A stretch of 64,000 nt of DNA from Gammaproteobacteria bacterium (GTDB lineage: Bacteria > Pseudomonadota > Gammaproteobacteria > JBCCGL01): contig OZ255836.1 of NCBI GenBank assembly GCA_965277715.1, positions 1,248,001-1,312,000 of the forward strand, written 5' to 3'. The notes beneath the pieces are model-generated. The model saw only the letters and a list, made by a program, of their open reading frames with translations. It ran no database searches and had not been told where the DNA came from. Each line of letters begins with the position of its first letter. Position 1 is the first letter of the stretch. A program made the translations under genes and the position numbers. Positions 12,382 to 21,204 of this stretch are shown one piece after another.

Positions 12382-13239
12382 ATGGATATTAATAACTTAC
12401 ACGCATTTATCGCGATTGCCGAAATGCAATCCTTTTCCCATGCCGCCGAGCGTCTGTTTATTACTCAACCGGCAATAAGCAAGCGAATTGCCGCATTGGA
12501 ATCCGTTTTAAACGCACGCCTGTTTCACCGCAGTGGTCGACGCGTCCAGCTAACCGAGGCCGGCGAAGCACTGATTCCCTCCGCACAGCGTATTGTCGAC
12601 GAGTTTACACACAGCAAAGCACTGATTTCCCGGCTCGATGGCGCCGTTGGCGGGTGTTTACGTATCGGCACCAGCCACCATATTGGCTTACACCGGCTGC
12701 CCCCTGTACTGAGTGATTACACCACCCGTTATCCCGCAGTGGAGCTGGATATTCACTTTATGGATTCAGAGGAAGCCTGCGCCGCCGTCGATAAAGGAGA
12801 GCTGGAGTTGGCGGTGGCAACCCTCCCGGAAACACCGTTTCCCCATTTACAAACAAAAATGATTTGGCTCGATTCGCTGGATTTTGTGGTTGGACCTGCT
12901 CACCCATTGGCTAATGGGGTCGCACTTGATGTGGCCAGCCTGGCACAGCACCGCGCCATTATGCCTGCGCGTGGCACCGTCACCCGTGAAATTCTCGATA
13001 AAGCGTTGCTGCCCTATAAATTGCGCTTACAGGTAAAAATGGAAACTAACTATCTGGAGACGATCAAGATGATGGTCTCTGTTGGTTTGGGTTGGAGTTT
13101 ACTGCCGCACAGTATGGCTGAAGGTTTGGTGCGTCTCCCGGTTAAGCAACTCAAGCTGCAACGCCGCCTCGGCATCGCCTGGGAGCGGAAGCGTACTTTG
13201 TCGAATGCGGCACGCAGTTTTATTACGTGTTGTCAGTGA
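12382..13239 (+). CDS. LysR family regulator divergent from leuC
   Basis: N-terminal HTH SFSHAAERLFITQPAISKRIAALE; ETNYLETIKMMVSVGLGWS. Confidence 0.95.
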   Translation: MDINNLHAFIAIAEMQSFSHAAERLFITQPAISKRIAALESVLNARLFHRSGRRVQLTEAGEALIPSAQRIVDEFTHSKALISRLDGAVGGCLRIGTSHHIGLHRLPPVLSDYTTRYPAVELDIHFMDSEEACAAVDKGELELAVATLPETPFPHLQTKMIWLDSLDFVVGPAHPLANGVALDVASLAQHRAIMPARGTVTREILDKALLPYKLRLQVKMETNYLETIKMMVSVGLGWSLLPHSMAEGLVRLPVKQLKLQRRLGIAWERKRTLSNAARSFITCCQ

Positions 13240-13290
13240 TTAATCTGATACATCGTCAATAATAACTTGCACTGTTTCTGTTTTTATAAA

Positions 13291-13465
13291 CCTAAATTCC
13301 GCAGTTGAATCGTAGCGAGGGCGTCTCAGGTGCTGAAGATGAAGTGTTTTTACCCGCATTTTAGCCATCCTGTAGTGATTCTACAGGTGAAGCTGAAATG
13401 CTGGTAAAAGCGCTTTAGGTTCAGTGCATCAGGTGCTCGCAGTAGATTCAACTGAGGAATTTAGG
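13291..13465. repeat. 175-bp extended imperfect palindrome (MITE/ERIC/REPIN-like)
   Basis: Arms CCTAAATTCCGCAGTTGAATC and GATTCAACTGAGGAATTTAGG pair at 20 of 21 positions; inner arms also pair; central CCTGTAG-TGATT-CTACAGG at 13369-13387. Confidence 0.85.
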
Positions 13466-13488
13466 ATAAATGACAACGGCGCCTCATT

Positions 13489-13526
13489 GGGGTCACGAGG
13501 GAATTCGGAAATTATTGTACGTTAGT
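13489..13526. mobile_element. Tn3-family (Tn21/Tn1721-like) 38-bp terminal inverted repeat
   Basis: GGGGTCACGAGGGAATTCGGAAATTATTGTACGTTAGT: GGGG start, GAATTCGGAA core and GTACG-TA end as in Tn1721/Tn501 IRs; lies just beyond the tnpA 3' end. Confidence 0.85.
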
Positions 13527-13543
13527 GAATCGTCAACCTCACT

Positions 13544-13839
13544 TTAATTCTCGTCATTAGTTCGTAACGGCCTATATTTTCCATCAGCCCACCGCGAAGT
13601 ACCGCTCCAGATATATTACCCGTTACATTAATGTGCTCCCAACCCAATGGAGACAGGTGCGTCAGTAATGCCTCATCAATCTTTTGCCCGCGATCCTTCA
13701 TAGCTTGAATTGCTCTTTCAAGGTATGTCGTATTCCATAGAACTATCGCCGCAATCACTAAATTCAAGCCACTTGCGCGGTAACGCTGTTGCTCAAAACT
13801 TCTGTCTCGGATTTCACCCAACCGATTGAAAAATACGGC
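13544..13839 (-). pseudogene. tnpA: Tn3-family transposase C-terminal fragment, frameshifted
   Basis: [43 protein letters not shown]...[14 protein letters not shown]; the expected end ([22 protein letters not shown]) is in another frame; a stop codon lies immediately upstream. Confidence 0.92.
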
Positions 13840-13919
13840 TTAAAGAAGGCTTTACAGCAGAGCTGACTATTGCCTAATTACAAGTAAAATCGAAAATGTG
13901 CCTACTTTTTACATATACT

Positions 13920-14057
13920 ATGTACAGACTCGAACAAAACCAAGTTGGGCGAATGCTATACGAAGACCAATCCATACACTCTATTGCGCGACATTTTAAT
14001 GTAGGCGTTGCAACGATTGATCGAATCAAAAAGAACCAAACTGTGGCTGAAAGGTGA
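13920..14057 (+). pseudogene. Resolvase/invertase-type C-terminal HTH remnant
   Basis: Manual translation MYRLEQNQVGRMLYEDQSIHSIARHFNVGVATIDRIKKNQTVAER*; Hin-like HTH next to the tnpA remnant, no catalytic domain. Confidence 0.6.
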
Positions 14058-14145
14058 AAAAGCAAAATCTTGCCGTTTTGCACAGCTACGTAGGCACACC
14101 GCCCAGTTGGAAAGACCTAGTTACAGTATAGTGATGGTTCTCAAT

Positions 14146-15018
14146 TTACACTGGCATATCATCAAACCAATTAATGATATTTTGTATTGTAGGATCAACT
14201 ATTTTGTTAGGGGTAACAAGGTAGTAGCCGAAATTTTGGTCATCGCCAGTTTGTGAATAAAGAATGGTCACAGCACCCCTATCTATATCATCTTGAATGA
14301 GCATTTTAGCAGTACAAGCTATTCCACAACCTTCTCGCATTGCCGGTAAAATCATGTTACCAGGCAAGAAAATTAACTTAGAAGCACTCTTAGTGTGACG
14401 TCCGCTACTCTTAGCCCAATCCTCTACTTCTGTTGTCCCCAACTCTTGTAACCACGGCAATGATGCCAAGTCTAATTCACTCAAAGTATTTATATCTGGG
14501 AGAATCTTTGTTGCTACTGCAACAACAAACGGGGATTTTTTCCATAGATGTACACTTATATCCTCCCAACTACCATCACCATATCGAACGCCTAGATCAA
14601 CATTATCGGCTTTCAAGTCAGTAAGATTAAAGGAAGGCGTAATCACAAAATCTAGATGTGGAAATTCTTTATGAAGCCTACTCATGCTTAGGATCATCCA
14701 TTCGGCTGCAAAGCTTGGTGTCATGGTTACTGTAATTGTCTGTTTTTTGGATCGACTCAGTACTTTTTGAACTGGGCTATTTAACTGCTGAAAGCAAAGG
14801 TTAAGATCATCGGCCAGCTCTTGTCCAGTTTCTGTAAGGGTTACTACGCCTTGCTTATTGATGACTAACTTGATCCCAAGGTTTTTCTCCAAATTACGCA
14901 CCTGCTGAGAAACTGCTGAATGCGTGACATTTAGACATTTACCTGTTTCCGTAAAACTTTTTTTCCTTGAGAATATTTCAAAAACCATGAGTGATCTGAG
15001 GCTTTGGTGAATTTTCAT
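14146..15018 (-). CDS. LysR family regulator (GcvA/TrpI-like)
   Basis: SFTETGKCLNVTHSAVSQQVRNLE HTH; PSFAAEW, DLGVRYGDGSW, YYLV. Confidence 0.92.
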   Translation of the reverse strand: MKIHQSLRSLMVFEIFSRKKSFTETGKCLNVTHSAVSQQVRNLEKNLGIKLVINKQGVVTLTETGQELADDLNLCFQQLNSPVQKVLSRSKKQTITVTMTPSFAAEWMILSMSRLHKEFPHLDFVITPSFNLTDLKADNVDLGVRYGDGSWEDISVHLWKKSPFVVAVATKILPDINTLSELDLASLPWLQELGTTEVEDWAKSSGRHTKSASKLIFLPGNMILPAMREGCGIACTAKMLIQDDIDRGAVTILYSQTGDDQNFGYYLVTPNKIVDPTIQNIINWFDDMPV

Positions 15019-15117
15019 AGTGTTAGTTTTTCTTACAAGCTCCTATAATTATTTGATTAGGAATGTAACTGTAATACTCTGATAATGATAGCCCCCTGAA
15101 GATAATTGGAGAAAATA

Positions 15118-15816
15118 ATGCCACGAGCTTTTGATGTAATTGTTATAGGATCAGGTGTAATAGGTTTGAGTACTGCTTATCTCCTTTCCAAACGAGGATT
15201 AAAAATTGGGGTTGTAGCTCCACTTGATGATGACCAGGCGACAACAGCTGCAGCTGGTGCAATGATTGACTCATTTGGCGAAATAGAAGAACTAAATTCT
15301 AAGCGGAAAATTTCAAAATTAGACTACGAAGTTAAAGCTCAACGACGGTATTCTTCTTGGCTCGAAGAGTTAGAGGAGGATTCTGACCAGAAGATTTTTT
15401 CACAAAAAGGCATTGTGGTCGTCGCTAACGGTGGCGGAGAGCATGACATCCCGAAAATGAAGCTCATGCGTGAAAAAATGATTGAATACGGCGAAGATTT
15501 TGAAGGGATAGAAGTTTCAGATGTAGTTGGACTACTTCCTAATTACATATATCGCGCTCATGAGGCGTTCCTTTCAAAAACTGGTCGTTGTGTTGATCCC
15601 AGTCAATTGAGTAATGCACTGAAAAAAGAATGTCTTAATTCCCTCAAGACAGAATTTGTGGATGCCCGCGTGCGATCAGTTTCTGAAGCCTCAGCTGGAT
15701 CATGGATGGTTCAGCTTGATATAGGTGAAGCTTTGTTCTCTAGTAAAGTCGTTGTCGGTATATTCAAGCGTAAGTCAACGCAGAAGAGTACAGTAAAAGC
15801 CTTTAATGGATATTAA
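15118..15816 (+). pseudogene. FAD-dependent oxidoreductase (glycine oxidase/DAO-like), apparently C-terminally truncated
   Basis: DVIVIGSGVIGLSTA and ATTAAAGAMI motifs; similarity stops at KVVV, where an AAGAW-type motif and C-terminal domain are expected; about 232 aa. Confidence 0.65.
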
Positions 15817-16729
15817 AAAAGGTCAAACACTTCGCGAAGATGCGTGGCGAGGGATTATACTAATGGGCGTGGCGGCGGCGCTTTTCCCTGTCAAAGATGG
15901 CTTTATTAAATCGCTTTATGGTTCGGTATCCGGTATCGAGGCCGGGCTGATTTATTTTTCAGTCCAGGCAGCTATAGCTTTTTTTTGGCTTCGCTTTCAA
16001 CAGGAACAAAACAGAAAAATAAGTCAACCACTGAAACTATCACCTTTATTGGTGTCTCGCTCAGCTTTTCAGGTATTAGCAATTATATTATTTTTCTATT
16101 CGATTCAGCATGCCCCACTCGCAGAAGCTGTTATTTTGTTTTCATCTAATGCCCTATTTGTAATATTATTTTCCTTCTTATTCTTTCGTGTAAAAACGAA
16201 ATCAAATGTCATAATGACTGCCTTATTTGGTTTTTCCGGGGTTATTATCGTACTTGGGCCGAGCGTTTGGGAATTAGGGGATTTCTATCTTCTTTTTGCT
16301 CTTTCCTCCGCAATCTCGTTTTCAGTTTATCTCATCCTGACAGGGAAGTTAGGAGTGATATACCCACCAAATCAAATGTTACTTGTCGATGGTGTTTCAG
16401 GGGTTTGTCTAATCCTATTCTGTATGCTTGTCTTTAAAGATTTGAACTCTGATATAACACATTATTTTTATCTAAGTGGATATGGTTGGCTCTATCTTAT
16501 TACATCGGGTGTAGTCGGAACTTGCTCTTCACTGTTGGTTATATCGGCTATGAAACTTGCTCCGGCCCCTTTAATCGCTCCGCTGGGCTACATTGAGATA
16601 GTCAGTGCTGCAATTATTGGTGTTTTTATTTTCAATGAAAGTATTCACACATCAACAGTCGTGGGATGCCTCATTATTCTAGCATCGTCATGGTATTCAG
16701 GGCGATTGGCAAGTAAGTTTGGAGCGTAA
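15806..16729 (+). CDS. DMT/EamA family transporter
   Basis: About 10 hydrophobic segments; PLAEA, APAPLIAPLGYIEIV, GVFIFNE. Confidence 0.9.
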   Translation: MDIKKGQTLREDAWRGIILMGVAAALFPVKDGFIKSLYGSVSGIEAGLIYFSVQAAIAFFWLRFQQEQNRKISQPLKLSPLLVSRSAFQVLAIILFFYSIQHAPLAEAVILFSSNALFVILFSFLFFRVKTKSNVIMTALFGFSGVIIVLGPSVWELGDFYLLFALSSAISFSVYLILTGKLGVIYPPNQMLLVDGVSGVCLILFCMLVFKDLNSDITHYFYLSGYGWLYLITSGVVGTCSSLLVISAMKLAPAPLIAPLGYIEIVSAAIIGVFIFNESIHTSTVVGCLIILASSWYSGRLASKFGA

Positions 16730-16732
16730 ACT

Positions 16733-17461
16733 GTGAAGACAACTACTTTCATAACAGGTGCAAGTTCTGGAATAGGTGTTAAAACGGCAGAATTAGCGTT
16801 GCAACGAGGTAACAACGTTATAGGAATTGACAAAAATCAACCAAAGTTTACGGTTAATGATATAGATAAAAGCTGGGTTTTTTTTCAGGGAAATGTAACT
16901 GATCGTGCATTTGTTCGCTCCTCGATTAATGAGGGGTTTCAGAAATTCGGCTCTATCAATCAATTTTTTAATAATGCTGGTTACCTGGGAAAGCGTATGG
17001 AAATCGCTGACTTCTGCGAAAATGATTGGCAGAACTTGCTTTCTGTAAATTTAACCGGAGCACTAGTCTGTATGGCAGAAGAATTACGTCATTTATTGCA
17101 ATGGGAGGGCGGCTCAATTGTCAATAATGCTTCTGTTTCGGGAATTTCAGGATCTTTCGACTATCCATTGTACTCAGCGGCAAAGCACGGTGTTGTTGGG
17201 TTAACTAAATCATTAGCGAAAAGATACGCGTCACAAAATATTCGTTGCAATGCCATTTGTCCATCCACTGTATTGTCTCCTATGACGGATAAGGAAGCAG
17301 GCGAATATAGTCTGAGCCTTAAAAAAGAAGCCATCAAACACCCACTTAAAAGATTTGCAACCACTGAAGAAATTGCCAGCACTGCATTATGGCTGCTCTC
17401 ATCTGAGGCAAGTTATATTAACGGGCAATGCCTTGCCGTAGACGGCGGTTTATCAATCTGA
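16733..17461 (+). CDS. SDR family oxidoreductase
   Basis: TGASSGIG, NNAG, YSAAK catalytic YxxxK, SYINGQCLAVDGG. Confidence 0.93.
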   Translation: MKTTTFITGASSGIGVKTAELALQRGNNVIGIDKNQPKFTVNDIDKSWVFFQGNVTDRAFVRSSINEGFQKFGSINQFFNNAGYLGKRMEIADFCENDWQNLLSVNLTGALVCMAEELRHLLQWEGGSIVNNASVSGISGSFDYPLYSAAKHGVVGLTKSLAKRYASQNIRCNAICPSTVLSPMTDKEAGEYSLSLKKEAIKHPLKRFATTEEIASTALWLLSSEASYINGQCLAVDGGLSI

Positions 17462-17643
17462 TTAAGGGGTATGAAGTCCACTAGAGGTCCAGTGGAAGAA
17501 CCTTCGAAAATGACGAGTTTGGGTGACCTGCTTATTTATTCTTCATTCCAAAAATGCTGTTTTAAATGGTTCTCCAGTATTTTTGCCATTGCCTCCAGAT
17601 CGATATTTCCATTATTTTTCTTGAAGCTAGGGTTTAGGGGGCA

Positions 17644-17844
17644 GTGGAACAGAAAACCCAGTTGAAAAATGGCCGAGAAGTCAAAGGCAAGACCTTATTG
17701 CTAACCGCTATTTTGGCAGACGGTATCAATTTGGGTTTGACCAAAATGTCCGAGCCTTGCCCAGGTAGCACTTATTCCAAGCTAGCATGGTTGCAGGCCT
17801 GGCATATCCGAGACGAAACTTATTCATCGGCATTGTTTGAGTAG
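17644..17844 (+). pseudogene. tnpA: Tn3-family transposase internal fragment
   Basis: [47 protein letters not shown] matches the Tn21-type TnpA DDE region; ends in TAG. Confidence 0.9.
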
Positions 17845-17857
17845 CTGCTACATATTT

Positions 17858-17898
17858 GAGGTAGAGCAACGCAGGAGCAGTTGCCGGGGAGCGGTAGC
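17858..17898. repeat. REP-like dispersed repeat, copy 1
   Basis: GAGGTAGAGCAACGCAGGAGCAGTTGCCGGGGAGCGGTAGC; its reverse complement matches the units at 36485-36578, and 26 bp match 53346-53371 exactly. Confidence 0.85.
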
Positions 17899-17965
17899 TT
17901 CGTCTGTGAAAGGATAAAGAAATACGCTAAAGCATCACGAGTGAAACCCACTAAACCACCCAAAT

Positions 17966-17993
17966 AAAAAAGGCTCCGAAAATCCGGAGCCTT
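17966..17993 (-). terminator. Intrinsic terminator of the purine ABC operon
   Basis: AAGGCTCCG-AAAATC-CGGAGCCTT stem with a T-tract on the minus strand, about 35 bp after the BMP gene stop. Confidence 0.8.
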
Positions 17994-18028
17994 CCAACAA
18001 AACCCATCCAACAATTATTCTTAATTAT

Positions 18029-19129
18029 TTATTTCGGCAGGCTACCCTGCACACCCTCAACATACCAATCCATCTTCGCCAGATCACCATCTGACAGCAC
18101 CTCACCCGCAGGCACCACGACCTCACCCGCCTGGTTTTTTACCGGCCCCTGAAAGGGGTGTAAAGTCCCTGCAACAATACCATTTTTAACCGCATCTGCC
18201 GCCGCCCGTACTTCAGCGGGCACTGCATCACCATAAGGGGCAATACCTACCATACCCGACTTGATACCATCCCAGGTATCGGCGGGTGCCCAACTACCAT
18301 CCACCACCGCTTTGGCACGCGCAACATAGTACGTATCCCAGTCATCAATAATTGCCGTGAGCTGCGCTTTTGGCGCAAATGCCGACATATCCGATGCCTG
18401 TCCAAACCCATAAACACCGCGCTGCTCGGCCACCTGTAACGGTGCGGGCGAATCGGTGTGCTGAGTAATAATATCAGCCCCCTGATCGATCAACGCTTTA
18501 GCGGCATCACCCTCTTTACCGGGGTCGTACCAACTGTTTACCCAGACAATCTTCATTTCGATATCCGGGTTTATTTTTCTCGCCGCGATAGTAAACGCAT
18601 TAATACCCCGGATGACCTCAGGAATAGGGAACGAGGCGATATAACCGACCACACCACTTTTTGACATATACCCGGCAATGGTGCCCAGCACAGCACGGCC
18701 CTCATAGAAACGCGCCGAGTAGGTTGTTACATTATCGCTGCGCTTATAACCCGTGGCGTGCTCGAATTTGACATTTTTGAACTGCTTGGCCACCTTGATC
18801 GTTGGGTTCATATAACCAAATGAGGTGGTGAAAATCAGGTCGTGCCCGGTGCTGGCCAGTTTGCGGATAACCCGCTCGGCATCTGCCCCTTCCGCAACGC
18901 TTTCGACATAGCTGGTACTGACGACATCCTCACCCAGCGCCTTTTCAACCGCCTGGCGGCCAATATCGTGGCGGTATGTCCAGCCGTGATCACCGACCGG
19001 GCCGACGTAGACAAAGCCCACTTTCAATTTTTCAGCGTGGGCAAGCCCCGCGCCCAGCGTAAGCCCCATCGCCAATAGTGATGTGCTCAACACCTTGGCT
19101 AAGGCTATAGATAGTTGCCGTATTTGCAT
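18029..19129 (-). CDS. BMP family ABC substrate-binding protein (purine/nucleoside)
   Basis: KVGFVYVGPVGDHGWTYRHD, FTTSFGYM, FPIPEVIRGINAF, WYDPGKE, QHTDSPAP. Confidence 0.93.
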   Translation of the reverse strand: MQIRQLSIALAKVLSTSLLAMGLTLGAGLAHAEKLKVGFVYVGPVGDHGWTYRHDIGRQAVEKALGEDVVSTSYVESVAEGADAERVIRKLASTGHDLIFTTSFGYMNPTIKVAKQFKNVKFEHATGYKRSDNVTTYSARFYEGRAVLGTIAGYMSKSGVVGYIASFPIPEVIRGINAFTIAARKINPDIEMKIVWVNSWYDPGKEGDAAKALIDQGADIITQHTDSPAPLQVAEQRGVYGFGQASDMSAFAPKAQLTAIIDDWDTYYVARAKAVVDGSWAPADTWDGIKSGMVGIAPYGDAVPAEVRAAADAVKNGIVAGTLHPFQGPVKNQAGEVVVPAGEVLSDGDLAKMDWYVEGVQGSLPK

Positions 19130-19201
19130 TGTATGTACCCCTCGGTAATGGTTCCGCCTGGCGGATAGTTATAGTGGAAACAACCCCAAAGCACTTAGCG
19201 C

Positions 19202-20122
19202 TCAGTTCTCCGGGTGAAATGGTTTGCCGATGCACGCCGGTGCATTCAGCCTGATTTTGTTCCGATCACGCGAGATGATCACCAACACGGCGATAGTAGC
19301 AAGATATGGCAACATCGACATCAGTTGTGATGGCACATCGACCCCCAATGCCTGCCCGTGCAACTGAAAGATGGTAATACCACCAAACAGATAGGCACCG
19401 AAAAATACCCGGGCGGGTCGCCAGGTGGCAAATACCACCAGAGCCAGGGCGATCCAGCCGCGCCCGGCGCTCATGTTTTCGACCCACATCGGTGAATAAG
19501 CCAGCGACAGATAGGCCCCCGCCAAACCGGCCATCGCGCCGCCAAACAGAGTCGCCATGTAACGAATGCGGATAACCGGATAGCCGATGGCGTGGGCGGC
19601 ATTATGCGAATCCCCCACTGCGCGCAAAATTAAACCGGCACGGGTTCGGTAGAGAAACCAGCTCACCAGAAACACCAACAAAAATGAGCAGTAAACTAAA
19701 ATATCGTGCCCAAACAGCAACGGCCCCAGTATTGGAATATCCGCCAAAAAGGGCACGGTTAGCTTTGGCAGACCCTGGTAGGCGACACCGACCAGATCCT
19801 GCCCAATCAGGGCGCTCAGACCAATGCCAAAGATCGTCAGGGCAAGGCCGGTGGCCACCTGGCTGGTTTGTAAATTGAGCACCAACAGGGCAAATATCGT
19901 CGACAATACCATGCCACCCAGTATACCGGCGGCACACGCCAGCACCGCGCTGCCGGTTATATGGACGGTGGCAAATCCGGCGACAGCGCCAGTCAGGATC
20001 ATGCCTTCGACACCGAGGTTGAGTACCCCGGATTTCTCCACGACCAGTTCGCCGAGCGCGGCGAATACCAGTGGTGTGGCGGCGGTAATAATAGTTAACA
20101 GTGCGGGCACCCAGTATTCCAC
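19202..20122 (-). CDS. ABC transporter permease (nucleoside/purine type)
   Basis: GELVVEKSGVLNLGVEGM, AGRGWIALALVVFATWRP, MLPYLATI. Confidence 0.92.
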   Translation of the reverse strand: MEYWVPALLTIITAATPLVFAALGELVVEKSGVLNLGVEGMILTGAVAGFATVHITGSAVLACAAGILGGMVLSTIFALLVLNLQTSQVATGLALTIFGIGLSALIGQDLVGVAYQGLPKLTVPFLADIPILGPLLFGHDILVYCSFLLVFLVSWFLYRTRAGLILRAVGDSHNAAHAIGYPVIRIRYMATLFGGAMAGLAGAYLSLAYSPMWVENMSAGRGWIALALVVFATWRPARVFFGAYLFGGITIFQLHGQALGVDVPSQLMSMLPYLATIAVLVIISRDRNKIRLNAPACIGKPFHPEN

Positions 20123-20124
20123 TT

Positions 20125-21204
20125 TTATTCCCCCTGCGCCTGTGCGGGTACACGCCAGGCAATGCGATAGTTGATCAATACATCGCAGGCGAGCAGAAAA
20201 AACAGCAGCATCCCCTGAAATACGCCCGTCACCGCCAACGGTAGATTGAGCTCAATCTGTGCCGTTTCGCCACCGAGGTATGACAGCGCCAACAGTAGAC
20301 CGGCGAATAACACCCCCACAGGGTGTAGGCGGCCAACGAAGGCGACGATAATAGCGGTAAACCCATACCCCGGTGAGATTACCGGCAGCACCTGCCCTAT
20401 CGGCCCGGACACTTCAATAATCCCGGCCAGCCCGGCGGCGGCACCGCCAAACAGCATGGCCACCCAAATCATTTTCTTTTCACTAAAACCGGCGTACTGG
20501 CCCGCTGCGGGTGCCGTGCCAATCACCTTGAGCTGAAACCCGATCAGGGTGCGCGACATTATTATCCAGACACCCAGCACCGCCAGCAGGGCCAGCAGGG
20601 CGCCGAGGTGCAGCCGCGTGCCATCGTAAATTATCGGTAGTATCGCCGCTTCATGGAACAGGCGCGATTCGGGAAAGTTGAAGCCGTCCGGGTCGCGCCA
20701 CGGGCCGTGCACCAGGTAGCTGAGGAACAAAGTGGCAACGTACGTGAGCATCAAACTGGTGAGGATTTCATTGGCATTAAACCGCGTGCGCAGCCAGGCG
20801 GGAATGCCCGCCCACAACATGCCACCGGCAATACCGGCCAATAACATCAACGGCATAACAAACACGCTGTCGACATCATAAAACAGCAGGGCGATACCGC
20901 CCCCCCCGATGCCCCCGAGTGTCAGTTGGCCCTCCGCCCCGATGTTCCACACATTGGTGCGAAAACCAATCGATAGCGCGATGCCGATGAGTACTAACGG
21001 CGTGGCTTTTACGCCCAGTTCGCCAAGCCCATAGACGCTGCTCAGCGGCTCGACAAAGAACGCATACAGGGCCGCCCCCGGCGCCACGCCCATAATGCTG
21101 AACAACACCATCCCGGCCAATAGCGTCAACACCAGGGCCAACACCGGTGTAAGGTAAAACATTAACGACGAGCTCTGCGCCCGCCGAACCAGTTTAAGCG
21201 GCAT
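20125..21204 (-). CDS. ABC transporter permease (nucleoside/purine type)
   Basis: WNIGAEGQ, NEILTSLML, GYGFTAIIVAFVGRLHP. Confidence 0.92.
   Translation of the reverse strand: MPLKLVRRAQSSSLMFYLTPVLALVLTLLAGMVLFSIMGVAPGAALYAFFVEPLSSVYGLGELGVKATPLVLIGIALSIGFRTNVWNIGAEGQLTLGGIGGGGIALLFYDVDSVFVMPLMLLAGIAGGMLWAGIPAWLRTRFNANEILTSLMLTYVATLFLSYLVHGPWRDPDGFNFPESRLFHEAAILPIIYDGTRLHLGALLALLAVLGVWIIMSRTLIGFQLKVIGTAPAAGQYAGFSEKKMIWVAMLFGGAAAGLAGIIEVSGPIGQVLPVISPGYGFTAIIVAFVGRLHPVGVLFAGLLLALSYLGGETAQIELNLPLAVTGVFQGMLLFFLLACDVLINYRIAWRVPAQAQGE

Noticed and set aside
13289-13467. Integron attC site
   Set aside because: The ends ACCTAAA and TTTAGGA resemble RYYYAAC and GTTRRRY but lack the invariant AAC/GTT triplets; it is longer than typical attC sites and no integrase is present.
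13874-14256. Listed 69-aa and 82-aa ORFs
   Set aside because: No motifs; the region is better explained by the resolvase-like HTH remnant and the LysR 3' end.
17886-17898. RfaH ops element
   Set aside because: GAGCGGTAG differs from GGCGGTAG and is part of the dispersed repeat; the copy upstream of the nucleotide-sugar genes is in the wrong orientation.
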